Under the pieces are notes generated by a model that ran no database searches, was not told the DNA's origin, and saw only the letters and a program-made list of their open reading frames with translations. Of a stretch of 64,000 bases of DNA, positions 26,900 through 36,238 are shown one piece after another (within the stretch, counting starts at the first letter, position 1; each line of letters opens with the position of its first letter). The translations under genes and the position numbers were made by a program. The stretch comes from an uncultured bacterium (lineage in GTDB: Bacteria > Chlamydiota > Chlamydiia > Chlamydiales > SM23-39), in contig CAYRJU010000006.1 in assembly GCA_964424735.1 (NCBI GenBank), positions 2,158 through 66,157 on the forward strand, in the 5' to 3' direction.

Positions 26900-27756
26900 A
26901 TTCTCTTTCAGCCACCGACAACTATGCATCTCTTCTCCTCTCCCTTCCAAACCTCCAGCCCTACACTGTTCTTTCCCTCTTTTTTCTCACCTTGGGAAGA
27001 ATTCTGCCCATCATTGCCCTCGCTCCTTTTCTAGGCTCGAAAAATGTTCCCACGGCGATCCGGATGATGTTTGGAATCACTCTCGTTGCGATTTTCCTCC
27101 CCCAAAATCTCCTCTTGGCAAGAGCCGAGCTTCCGTTCAATCTCACCTTCATCTTCCTCTTGACCAAAGAGCTCATTGTGGGGTTTGTGATCGGTTTTTT
27201 TGCAGCGATTCCCTTTTATATCGCCCAGATGGCAGGAAGCCTCATTGACCACCAGAGGGGTTCTGCGGCCCTTCAGGTGACCGATCCGACGACCCAAACG
27301 CAGACAGGCCCTATCGGCCTTCTCTACAACTACGTGCTGATCGCTCTCTTTTTCAGCCTGGGAGGGCCTTTCATCTTCCTCGATGGCGTGGCAACTTCTT
27401 ACCAGCTCATTCCGGTCGATGGGCTCATGAGCCCAACCCTTTTTACTTGGCAAACGCCTCTTGCCAAAACCATCATCAACCTCTTTTCCACCGTCATGAA
27501 CCTCTCGATCCAGCTTTCGGCGCCTGCGCTCATCGGCATTCTGCTCACTGATATGTTCCTCGGCATCGCAAACCGCCTAGCGCCTCAAGTGCAAATCGTC
27601 TTTCTCGGCATCTCGCTCAAATCTTGGGTGGGGATCGCTCTTCTGACGGCTGCCTGGGTCCTCATCGTCCGCGTCATGAGCGAAGAGGCGATTTCTTGGA
27701 CGAAATCGCTCAAAGCGCTTATCCAACAAGTCGGCCACTTCTACATGGAAAAATAA
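26896..27756 (+). CDS. sctT: T3SS export apparatus protein SctT (CdsT; FliR/YscT family)
   Basis: 286 aa polytopic protein. It overlaps the sctS stop by 4 nt. 'FFLTLGRILPIIALAPFLGSKNVP' is a FliR-like N-terminus. Confidence 0.88.
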   Translation: MNSLSATDNYASLLLSLPNLQPYTVLSLFFLTLGRILPIIALAPFLGSKNVPTAIRMMFGITLVAIFLPQNLLLARAELPFNLTFIFLLTKELIVGFVIGFFAAIPFYIAQMAGSLIDHQRGSAALQVTDPTTQTQTGPIGLLYNYVLIALFFSLGGPFIFLDGVATSYQLIPVDGLMSPTLFTWQTPLAKTIINLFSTVMNLSIQLSAPALIGILLTDMFLGIANRLAPQVQIVFLGISLKSWVGIALLTAAWVLIVRVMSEEAISWTKSLKALIQQVGHFYMEK

Positions 27757-27777
27757 TAGGTAAAAGAGAAAATCACC

Positions 27778-28413
27778 ATGATGGCACAGCAATACTGGAA
27801 TGAAATAGGGTCGCAAAAAGTATTTGAAGATCCTCTTTATGTAGATAAACTCTCTCTTTTTCTATCACCAACGGATCAAATCCTTGAATACGGGTGTGGC
27901 TATGGCCGAATGATGCGCATCTTAAAATCAGAAGGATATCAAAACCTGATTGGCTTTGACTTTGCTCCAAATATGATCACAAGAGGGCACAGAGAAAATC
28001 CAGATCTTGATTTAAGGTTGTTGGAAAAGCCAGGTATCATCCCTTGTAAAGACGAATTTGCCGATGCCGTTGTGATGTCGACCGTGCTGTGCTGCATCAC
28101 CGATGATCAAAAACTGGAAAAATTAATCGCTGAAATTGAAAGAGTCCTCAAAAAGAGAGGAGTATTGTACATTACCGATTTTCTCATCTGTGAGCATCCC
28201 CGATATCAAGCAAGATACGCGGCTGGCTTACAAGACTTTGGGATCTGGGGAATCTATACGACGAATGAAGCATTAACTGTCCGACATTTCACAACTAAAG
28301 CAATCATGGAAATGTTAAAACGTTTTGACATTCAGTGGTTTGAGCAGTTTGACTTTAAAACAATGAATCAAAATCCAGCTCGCACTTTTCACTGTATAGC
28401 TAAGAAAGCCTGA
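27778..28413 (+). CDS. Class I SAM-dependent methyltransferase
   Basis: Motif I 'ILEYGCGYGRM' and post-I 'GFDFAPNMI' are present, along with 'VLKKRGVLYITDF'. Confidence 0.75.
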   Translation: MMAQQYWNEIGSQKVFEDPLYVDKLSLFLSPTDQILEYGCGYGRMMRILKSEGYQNLIGFDFAPNMITRGHRENPDLDLRLLEKPGIIPCKDEFADAVVMSTVLCCITDDQKLEKLIAEIERVLKKRGVLYITDFLICEHPRYQARYAAGLQDFGIWGIYTTNEALTVRHFTTKAIMEMLKRFDIQWFEQFDFKTMNQNPARTFHCIAKKA

Positions 28414-28502
28414 CAAGACGCACATTTGGATAAAAAACTTGAAAAATTTGGGAAAGCTGCTATATTTTTTGCTTTTCATTTTCTTATAAGGAGAAGAAGA
28501 GT

Positions 28503-29045
28503 ATGGCTGCTAGAATATCGCTTGCATGCGAAAACTATTTTGCAGGATTTCGCGATTTATCAAATTTCAATAACAATGATTGCTGCACGAATATTTTAGG
28601 GGTTTTAAAAGTAGTTTCTTATTTCACACTCGTAGTGCCTTTGTTTTTTGGACTGGTTTACTGCATTTCTTCGCTAGCTGGAAGAGTCACTATACCAACA
28701 ACTTTATCCTCTCAGGATGAGAGGGTATCTTCTGCTAGCCAAAGAACTTTTGGTCAAAGTGTTGAGGAACAGTTAGAAACTATGTTCTCTTCTTCGGTTA
28801 AAACCCAACACCTATTTACCATTGATGGAAGCAAAATTGGAATTATTTTTAATCCAACAGGTGAAGCTTTGCGTGTTGGATTTATGACTGTAACGGATCC
28901 GGTAGTTTTGGTATCTGATAGAGCAATTCCCGATCCAATAGCTCAACGAATTACTGCAAAAATTCCTGCAAATCGCACCCATTCTACTCTAAGCATTGGC
29001 AGGATCAATGGCCGGACTCCTTTCCAAGCCCTGGGATTTGAATAA
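28503..29045 (+). CDS. Hypothetical membrane protein
   Basis: 180 aa with one strong TM segment ('VVSYFTLVVPLFFGLVYCISSLAG'). AT-richer codon usage than the neighbouring core genes (judged by eye). Confidence 0.45.
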   Translation: MAARISLACENYFAGFRDLSNFNNNDCCTNILGVLKVVSYFTLVVPLFFGLVYCISSLAGRVTIPTTLSSQDERVSSASQRTFGQSVEEQLETMFSSSVKTQHLFTIDGSKIGIIFNPTGEALRVGFMTVTDPVVLVSDRAIPDPIAQRITAKIPANRTHSTLSIGRINGRTPFQALGFE

Positions 29046-29049
29046 TCAT

Positions 29050-30021
29050 ATGAATAAAGAAATGGATATTCCTGAAGAAGTGAGGCGTTGGAATTGGGGG
29101 GCATTTTTACTTTGTCCCATTTGGTGTATCCGGCATGGGATTTGGCAAGGCTTATTACTTTTGATTCCTATTTTTGGCTTGTTTGTTCCCTTTTGGCTTG
29201 GAGCTACGGGCAATCGAAAGGCTTGGGCTAAGAAGGGGCATGAATCTAAGGAAAGTTTTCTAAAGCGCCAAAAATTTTGGGGTTTTGCAGGACTAGGTAT
29301 TTGGATAGGCGCTCTACTTACTTCCTTAGGAACGCTTTCTTATTCCCTTAACTACTCAGATGGAATGAAGATGGGTTTAGCAACCGCTAATACTAATAAA
29401 CGTCTGACTGAGTACTTCGGCAAAAACATCCGCAAACGTTCTTTTTTTAATGGTTCTTACAATTATGTGATCAGCCCTGAGCCCTCAACCCTCACGGTAG
29501 CCTTTGATGCGGTTGGATCCAGAAACGAGGGAAACATTCATTTTCAGTGGGAGAAAAGAGGGAAAGATTGGGTTACAACCGAAATTACTTTTGTAGATGC
29601 AGAAGGATCCGCTCATCAACTGGTAGATATGGCAACACTTGCAAGCTCTTTTTTACCAAGAGCGCCCTATAACAAAAATAGATTAGAGACTGCTTTAAGT
29701 CATATGATCCAAGAAAAAGATGGTTTCTTAATTTTATCTCGATCAAAAGAGAAAAATGATTTCATACAAACTGCTGCCGAACTTTTGGACAATGGAGAAG
29801 TTGTTTTTTCTGTAGTTTATAGTGATGGCTACACAAAATGGAATAAAAGCCTTTATCAATCCAAAATCCCACAAAGTAAAGACGAAGTCATCAAGCTCTT
29901 TACTCTCTACGCCAGAGGAGATGATTCACACATTCACTTGATTGAATGGAATAAATTAACATCCATTCAACCTACGGAAGGATCTTCGGCCTTTTTTATT
30001 TTTGGAGAGCCCGCAATATAA
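29050..30021 (+). CDS. Hypothetical membrane protein (RWNWGAF motif N-domain)
   Basis: The ATG at 29050 is preferred over the track start at 28996, which overlaps the previous gene. 'RRWNWGAFLLCPIWCIRHGIWQG' is a small-membrane-domain motif (DUF2628-like, from memory). A soluble C-terminal region follows. Confidence 0.45.
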   Translation: MNKEMDIPEEVRRWNWGAFLLCPIWCIRHGIWQGLLLLIPIFGLFVPFWLGATGNRKAWAKKGHESKESFLKRQKFWGFAGLGIWIGALLTSLGTLSYSLNYSDGMKMGLATANTNKRLTEYFGKNIRKRSFFNGSYNYVISPEPSTLTVAFDAVGSRNEGNIHFQWEKRGKDWVTTEITFVDAEGSAHQLVDMATLASSFLPRAPYNKNRLETALSHMIQEKDGFLILSRSKEKNDFIQTAAELLDNGEVVFSVVYSDGYTKWNKSLYQSKIPQSKDEVIKLFTLYARGDDSHIHLIEWNKLTSIQPTEGSSAFFIFGEPAI

Positions 30022-30148
30022 GAGAACTACAGTCTCTAAGCGCGGCCTGCAAGATCCGCTTCTCCTCAAATTTTTCCTTCTCTTTAAATTGCAAAGGTAA
30101 GTAAAATTTTTAACGCAATCTGGGATTGTTTTAAAAAGGAGGCTTTTT

Positions 30149-31513
30149 ATGGCAGCAGTATCTGTAGTCGTTTCCCTACCTACGATCCAATCCATGACAA
30201 AATGGGCGCGAGAAGCTCACGAAGCCATCACGGGTCAAGAAGGACTCATAAGAGACAAAGCGCAGCGAGCTTTAGAAACTCTTTATTCACAAGGGATGCG
30301 AGTAGTGAGAGCAGAAGTAGAAGGGACTCCTTTACCGGAATTTGTAAAAGACACGACCGTCTATGCAGTTTTGCAAGACCTGGATACACTCGTATCCTTT
30401 GAGGGAATTCAACATGAAACGTCTTTGCAACGGACCTTGAGCAAGGTGTATCGGCTCTTTACCGATTTGACCTGGGCGCAATGTTGGAGACAGGTGCAAA
30501 GACCTGTCTGGACAGAGACTCGCGATCGAATCATTGCAAATGCGGATCGGATGTTAAAGGTAGCTACAAGCGAAGAAATGAGGTTCGAGTATCGGTGTGC
30601 AGAGCAGGGAGCAAAATGCTTGACACCCGCAGATAGTGAATGGCTGCCCTTTGCAGAAAGCGCTTTCAAAATGCTGAAAGGAGCCGCCGAGAAGAGTCCA
30701 GGCGATGTATATGAGGGTTTGAAAGGGGTCATGAAGTGGTTTGTCAAAAATCTGGTCCACGATTGGTATATGAAAACTTGGGATGTTCGCTGGTTAGTAG
30801 CGCAGGCCAATACAGTAGAAGAATTTCAGACAAAAACAATCCAAAAGGTGTTTACTCAATACATTGAAGAAGGAATGGATCGAGGGAACGAATATGCGCA
30901 AGGGATTGTCATGATTTTCATGGATGCTCTGAGAAGACAAGAAGCGACAACCGAACTCAAGGATCGCCTGTTTTTTGGAAATGGCGCCTTTCCCGGGATG
31001 CTCTCCCTTCTTGAAACAGAAAAAGTGGGGACTTTAAATGAATTTTTACACCACCCCATTGGGGTTTGGGTAGATCGCTTTAAAAAGGCACGCCGCTTAA
31101 GCATGGAATTTCTCACAGAACTCGCTGCTACACAGCCAAGATATCGTCAGAAAAGCATAGCGGCGCTAAAATCCCGACTGGATTATTTAACCCCTCAAAC
31201 AAGACCCAGGTATCGACAAGAAAAACTCCAAAATCAACAAGCACTTTTCCAATTGCAAGATCAAATACAAGACCTCGCAAGAAGAGAAGAAGAGCTTTTG
31301 AATGAGTCTATCGACTTAAACGCACGGCAAGGAGCCACAGACGTAACGGCCGATCTTGAAAGAGTGAACAAAGAATTGCAAAAAGTTGGAACTCAAAAAG
31401 ATCAAATGCAAAAGATGGCTCAAATGGCTCAAGACTTTGAAACTGGGGATGAAGAAGAGGTCAAACTCCTAAAAGCAGCTTTACAAAAGTGTGGGAATCA
31501 AGCCAAGCTATAA
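30149..31513 (+). CDS. Hypothetical helical / coiled-coil protein (candidate effector)
   Basis: 454 aa with no TM segment. The C-terminal 130 aa are heptad-like and rich in Q/E/K ('LQNQQALFQLQDQIQDLARREEELLNE'). Confidence 0.45.
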   Translation: MAAVSVVVSLPTIQSMTKWAREAHEAITGQEGLIRDKAQRALETLYSQGMRVVRAEVEGTPLPEFVKDTTVYAVLQDLDTLVSFEGIQHETSLQRTLSKVYRLFTDLTWAQCWRQVQRPVWTETRDRIIANADRMLKVATSEEMRFEYRCAEQGAKCLTPADSEWLPFAESAFKMLKGAAEKSPGDVYEGLKGVMKWFVKNLVHDWYMKTWDVRWLVAQANTVEEFQTKTIQKVFTQYIEEGMDRGNEYAQGIVMIFMDALRRQEATTELKDRLFFGNGAFPGMLSLLETEKVGTLNEFLHHPIGVWVDRFKKARRLSMEFLTELAATQPRYRQKSIAALKSRLDYLTPQTRPRYRQEKLQNQQALFQLQDQIQDLARREEELLNESIDLNARQGATDVTADLERVNKELQKVGTQKDQMQKMAQMAQDFETGDEEEVKLLKAALQKCGNQAKL

Positions 31514-31534
31514 GAATTTAATCAATAGAGAGCT

Positions 31535-32296
31535 ATGGCCGATTTGAGAGAACTCATCAAAATGCATAGTTGTCGGAACCATCGACAACTCAAAAAAATC
31601 ACGAAGCCCCTTCTTGACATTTTAAAAACCCCCCATTTTTGCTATTTTAGAATTGAACAAAACGGAAAGTTTATTTCAATCACAAATGACCCAGAACCCC
31701 TTCATTATTATTATTCAGAGAAGAAATATCTAATCAACCCTTATCTCTCTCATCCACGCTTCTTTCGCTCTGGCTGTGTTATATCTCCAACTGCTTTTGA
31801 TTCAGAGACATTGGAAGTATTTCATAGACAATTCAACCTCTATTTTTTCTTTATTGTCTTGCAACAAAAAGGAAACAGCATAGAAGCCTTTATATTTGGG
31901 AATCGCGATTCAGACCCTACAAAAACTTTTCACTATATTTCTCAACTTGATCTGCTCCAAAAATTTTCTTCTTACTTCAAAAGAGAAGCTAAATCAATTA
32001 TTGATGAAGCCTTAGAAGAGAATTATAATTTAAAAGAAGCAAAGAAAGAGAGCTTTTTGAGTTCTGATCCCAATCTTTCTCTTTCAAGTCAGAACCCTTC
32101 TACTTTAGAATTTCTCCGGGAGATCTCTCCTCTTTCTAAGCAAGAATGGAGATGTTTGGAACTCTTTAAACAAGGAAACTCAGCTCAATCGACAGCTTCT
32201 ATTATGGGGCTCTCTCCTCGCACGGTCGAATTTTATTTTCAAAACATCAAAACTAAACTCGGCTGCTCTACAAAATGGGAACTATTACACTGGTGA
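31535..32296 (+). CDS. LuxR/GerE-family transcriptional regulator (solo)
   Basis: The C-terminal HTH is 'LSKQEWRCLELFKQGNSAQSTASIMGLSPRTVEFYFQNIKTKLG'. The 190-aa N-terminal domain is of unknown ligand or function. The gene is visibly AT-rich. Confidence 0.75.
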   Translation: MADLRELIKMHSCRNHRQLKKITKPLLDILKTPHFCYFRIEQNGKFISITNDPEPLHYYYSEKKYLINPYLSHPRFFRSGCVISPTAFDSETLEVFHRQFNLYFFFIVLQQKGNSIEAFIFGNRDSDPTKTFHYISQLDLLQKFSSYFKREAKSIIDEALEENYNLKEAKKESFLSSDPNLSLSSQNPSTLEFLREISPLSKQEWRCLELFKQGNSAQSTASIMGLSPRTVEFYFQNIKTKLGCSTKWELLHW

Positions 32297-32383
32297 AATA
32301 CCGTAAAAAATACGGTAGTTTGCATGTTCCTTTTTGCATATCCTTTTGCTGCTTTTGAACTCTTAACCGATTTGGAGGAAAAA

Positions 32384-32896
32384 ATGAGTGCAACAACCCT
32401 ACAACCAGTGAATGTTTCTTATGCAGCCCTTCCCTCTCATCCTGAATTTGATGCCCTAGAGAGGCAGGCTTGCCTATGCAAAACAGCAACAAAAGCAGCT
32501 GGGTGCGTTTGTCTCCCACTTAGCTGGATTTGCTTAATTTGTAATGAAGTCTCTGAAGGAAAAGATCCTACTTACGATTATAATCCAGACACAGGAGTTC
32601 GCTACGCCTCTTTCACTGCTTGTGATTGTGGAGAAGGTTGGGCTTCAAGACTCCCTCCCAAAGATAAATGTGATCTCTTCTTGCAGATCTTTGATCCTCT
32701 TGTATGCTGCCTCCCTTGCGCAAAAGAGACTTCAGTCCACTATTTGCCCCCCCATAAGCAGCAACGGTGGAAAGCATTAGCACCTCAAGCTCAAGGAATG
32801 GCTTACACTGAGCCTCGTGTTGAAAGGCATCAGGGACGAAGAGAGCCAGCTCCCCTTGTGAACTTCAGGGATCTAGGGAGGGGAGGTCCTCACTAA
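32384..32896 (+). CDS. Cys-rich hypothetical protein
   Basis: I chose the ATG at 32384 because 'ggagga' lies 7 nt upstream. Clustered Cys appear in 'CLCKTATKAAGCVCLPLSWICLICNE', 'ACDCGEGW' and 'LVCCLPCAKE'. Confidence 0.45.
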   Translation: MSATTLQPVNVSYAALPSHPEFDALERQACLCKTATKAAGCVCLPLSWICLICNEVSEGKDPTYDYNPDTGVRYASFTACDCGEGWASRLPPKDKCDLFLQIFDPLVCCLPCAKETSVHYLPPHKQQRWKALAPQAQGMAYTEPRVERHQGRREPAPLVNFRDLGRGGPH

Positions 32897-32912
32897 AAAG
32901 CGCTTACCTTCC

Positions 32913-34304
32913 CTATTGTGCCTTGGCTTTCCTGTTCTTGTAGGCGATGAGGAAGAAGATCGGCAAGATCAGGACAAGATTGCCGATCGCGATCATTAGC
33001 GTGTATTGCAGAGCCGAGCCGATATTGACGTTATCGGGCGGAACAAAGCCAAAAATGATCGTGAGGATCGATCCGATGAGCCCGAGGGCGCTGATCAGGC
33101 CAAGCCCCAGTTTTCCACCGGGAATTTTGAAGGCGCTCTCGAGTTTTTTAGCGCGTAGTCTATAGACGGCGAGAAACATGAGGATGTACATCGCCATGTA
33201 GAGGCAGTTGCTGAGCGAGGTCAAAAACCAATAGAAGGCATTGACGGAAGGGAGAAGGAGCAGCACTGAGCAAAAGAGAGTCACGAGGAGTGCTTGGGCA
33301 ATGAGAATCCGGCCTGCGACACCATGCCGGTTGGCCTTGGTGAAGTAGCGGGGCAAAAATCCGTAGTGAGAGGCATGGAGAAGTCCTTTCGCAGGAGAAA
33401 TGAGCCAATTGATCATCCCTCCCACGCTGCCCACTACGATGAGAAAACTCATGAGGGGAACTAAAGAGCCCAAATGAAAGACTTGGAAAAAGTTATCGAA
33501 GACCTGCATGAGACCGCCCGCGAGATTGATCTGAGAAGCGGGCAGCACCACGGCAATCGTCAGCGAACCGAAGAGCATCGTCGCTAAAATATAGACAGAG
33601 GAGAGAAGAAGGGCTCTTGGGAAGGTTTTTTGCGGGTGCGGCACGTTATTGACATGCACGCCCGAAAGCTCCATTCCGACAAAGGCCGCCATCACAGCTT
33701 CAAGCGCTGTCCAAGTGTCGAATTTACCAAGAGAGGGAAAGATGGAATCGAAGGTGATGGGAATTTGAAATGAGTGGCCGGTAAAGGCCCAAATGCAACC
33801 GAGCACAATGAGAAAGAGCATCGGGAAAACGGTTCCCGTTGCAGCAAACAAGGTATTGATGCGGGCCGATATTTTTAAGCCAAAGAGATTGACGATCGTA
33901 AGAGCCCAAAAAATCCCCGCAATCACTGTAATCATGTAGGCCTTGTTATTCATGAGCTCGGGATCAAAGAGATAGGTGAGCGTTCCCGCAATGAAAGAGA
34001 GAATGGTCGGATACCAGACCACTGTGTTGATCCACTGCAGCCAAACGGCGAGCATGCCCAAATTTTCTCCCATCGCCGAGCGCACCCAATGATAAATCCC
34101 CCCCTCTTCCGGAAAAGCCGCCGAGAGTTCTGCTGCGACAAGCGAGCTTGGGAAAAGGAAGAAAACAGCAGAGAAAAGAAAGAAGAAAATGAGCGGCGCC
34201 CCAAAGATGGCAGTTGAGGGAAGCCCCCGGTTGCTATCGACTGCCGAGATGATGAGAAGCACCAGCGCTAAAAACGAAATTTTTCCTCGACCGGAAAGAT
34301 TCAT
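32913..34304 (-). CDS. APC-superfamily amino-acid permease/antiporter
   Basis: 463 aa with about 12 TM segments. 'AAELSAAFPEEGGIYHWV' is the APC signature region. Confidence 0.85.
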   Translation of the reverse strand: MNLSGRGKISFLALVLLIISAVDSNRGLPSTAIFGAPLIFFFLFSAVFFLFPSSLVAAELSAAFPEEGGIYHWVRSAMGENLGMLAVWLQWINTVVWYPTILSFIAGTLTYLFDPELMNNKAYMITVIAGIFWALTIVNLFGLKISARINTLFAATGTVFPMLFLIVLGCIWAFTGHSFQIPITFDSIFPSLGKFDTWTALEAVMAAFVGMELSGVHVNNVPHPQKTFPRALLLSSVYILATMLFGSLTIAVVLPASQINLAGGLMQVFDNFFQVFHLGSLVPLMSFLIVVGSVGGMINWLISPAKGLLHASHYGFLPRYFTKANRHGVAGRILIAQALLVTLFCSVLLLLPSVNAFYWFLTSLSNCLYMAMYILMFLAVYRLRAKKLESAFKIPGGKLGLGLISALGLIGSILTIIFGFVPPDNVNIGSALQYTLMIAIGNLVLILPIFFLIAYKNRKAKAQ

Positions 34305-35308
34305 AAAATGACTCCGAATAGATTTTTAGGATCAGCGATTTCTGGGATCATATCTAGTTGATGCCCTAAATGATCTTTTTCTGAAAGGGTATGAACAAGC
34401 CTCAAGATGCTGTAATCTTCTAGGGCAAAACCCACAGAATCAAAGAGAGTGATTTCTCGAGGAGATTCACGGCCCCTCTTCAGCCCTGCAGAGAGCTCCC
34501 AGAGACTGGCGTAGATCTCCGCATCGACTTGTTGGATTTCCCCTTCGTGCTCTGTCTGCTCTAAAAGCTCTACGACAATTTTACACTGTTTGACAAGAGC
34601 GGGATCTAGTTCTGTCTTTCCCGGAGAATCGCCTCCGATTTTATTGATGTGAAGCCCCTCTTTAACCCAAGAGCTTTCCAAAACCTTTTGATGCCCTTTT
34701 TGCGCCGTTGCCGTCGTGATGATGTCACTTTTTTCAAGAACCGATTTGCCACTTTCACAAGGATGGAGTTTGAGTTTAAAAGGGTTTAAATTCTTCTTAA
34801 ATTTTTCCATCGCTTTTGGGTCGATGTCGAAATAGTAAATTTCCTCTATCCCGAGAGCAAAATGGTGGGCAAGCGTTTGAAATTCACTCTGAGCACCCGT
34901 GCCGATGATGCCAAATGTCTTGGCTCCCTTTTTCGCCAAAAACTGCGAGGCGAGAGCCGAAGTCGCAGCGGTTCGCAGCGCTGTCAAAACGGTCATTTCT
35001 GAGAGCAGGAGCGGATAGCCGGTCTCCATGGAAGAGAGCTGGCCGATAGCCACTACGGTGAGTTTTTTGTGCTTGGCATTCGTCGGATGGCCGTTGACAT
35101 ACTTGAATGCATAAAATTCTCGATCGGCGATCGGCATGAGTTCGATGATCCCATCGGGCGCCTGGATAGCAGGCCTTGGCATTTTCTGGAATTCATCCCA
35201 CCTGGCATAGTCCTTTTTCAACTGTTCGATCAGTTTTAAGAAAAAGGTTTTGAGGGTGACTTTTTTGAGAAGCTGTTTGATATCGTCGATCGTCAATATC
35301 CGGATCAT
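34301..35308 (-). CDS. Ornithine cyclodeaminase (mu-crystallin family)
   Basis: 'GIIELMPIADREFYAFKYVNGHPTNA' and 'LLLSEMTVLTALRTAATSALAS...GIIGTGAQSEF' closely parallel Pseudomonas-type OCD. Confidence 0.85.
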   Translation of the reverse strand: MIRILTIDDIKQLLKKVTLKTFFLKLIEQLKKDYARWDEFQKMPRPAIQAPDGIIELMPIADREFYAFKYVNGHPTNAKHKKLTVVAIGQLSSMETGYPLLLSEMTVLTALRTAATSALASQFLAKKGAKTFGIIGTGAQSEFQTLAHHFALGIEEIYYFDIDPKAMEKFKKNLNPFKLKLHPCESGKSVLEKSDIITTATAQKGHQKVLESSWVKEGLHINKIGGDSPGKTELDPALVKQCKIVVELLEQTEHEGEIQQVDAEIYASLWELSAGLKRGRESPREITLFDSVGFALEDYSILRLVHTLSEKDHLGHQLDMIPEIADPKNLFGVIL

Positions 35309-36183
35309 TCTCTCATGACCTCGTACAGCACTTCAAAGGCAAGCTCTTGGGTCTTGGAGTTTTGATCCCGTTCCGGATTGTATTCCACGAGCTCAAATCC
35401 CATGAATCTTGGATCTTTTCCAAATAAATGAAGGAGCGGAAGGAATTCTTTTTTCCCAATGCCTCCCTCTTCAGGACTCCCTACTCCCGGAGCCTCACTC
35501 ACATCAAACGCATCTAGATCCAAACTCACTCCATAGCGAGAAACATGGCGCGTCACATGGGCAATCGCTTCGGGAAGGATCTTTTTGAGTCCCCGCTCCT
35601 TAACCTCCTCCATGAAATAGATCTTGACGCCGAGCTCTTTCAAAAGAGCCGCCTCTCCTTCTTCAAACGAGCGAACGCCGATATAGACGAGATTTTCAGG
35701 TTTGAGAACCGGCTCTTTTTTGATGAGCTCTGCCATTTCGGGAAGACCTCTTCCCAAAAGGGCCGCGACGGGCATCCCGTGATAGGCTCCTGAGGGAGAA
35801 GTTGTCTCTGTATGCGCATCCATATGGGCATCGATCCAGATGAGTCCGAAGGGAGGTTTAAAGGCGTTCCAGGTTCCAATTGCAATGGAATGATCGCCTC
35901 CCAGCACAATGGGAAAAGCTTGATTGTCTAGAGCTTTTTTCACTGCCTGGTAGAGCTGGAGATTGAAATCTCGAACGAGAGGCAAAGATTCGGATAGAGG
36001 GATCTCTTCTTCTCTTGCCTGTTTATCTGGGTAGAGCATTTCCACTTCATCGATCGCGATTCCCTTTTTATTGAGTCTTTCAAACACTCTTCCCTGAACG
36101 AGCTCTTCGGGCCCTTTTTCGCAGGCGCGAACCTGCGCCCCCCAGCAAGAGCAGGCTCCAATGATATGAAACGTTCTCTTCAT
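35305..36183 (-). CDS. Arginase-family ureohydrolase (arginase/agmatinase)
   Basis: The Mn-binding motifs 'GGDHSIAIGT', 'LIWIDAHMDAHT' and 'VSLDLDAFD' are present. Confidence 0.85.
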   Translation of the reverse strand: MKRTFHIIGACSCWGAQVRACEKGPEELVQGRVFERLNKKGIAIDEVEMLYPDKQAREEEIPLSESLPLVRDFNLQLYQAVKKALDNQAFPIVLGGDHSIAIGTWNAFKPPFGLIWIDAHMDAHTETTSPSGAYHGMPVAALLGRGLPEMAELIKKEPVLKPENLVYIGVRSFEEGEAALLKELGVKIYFMEEVKERGLKKILPEAIAHVTRHVSRYGVSLDLDAFDVSEAPGVGSPEEGGIGKKEFLPLLHLFGKDPRFMGFELVEYNPERDQNSKTQELAFEVLYEVMRE

Positions 36184-36238
36184 ATTCTGGTAAATAGTTC
36201 AGGGGCTATTAAAAAGCTACGTGTTATAGTGCTTTTGT

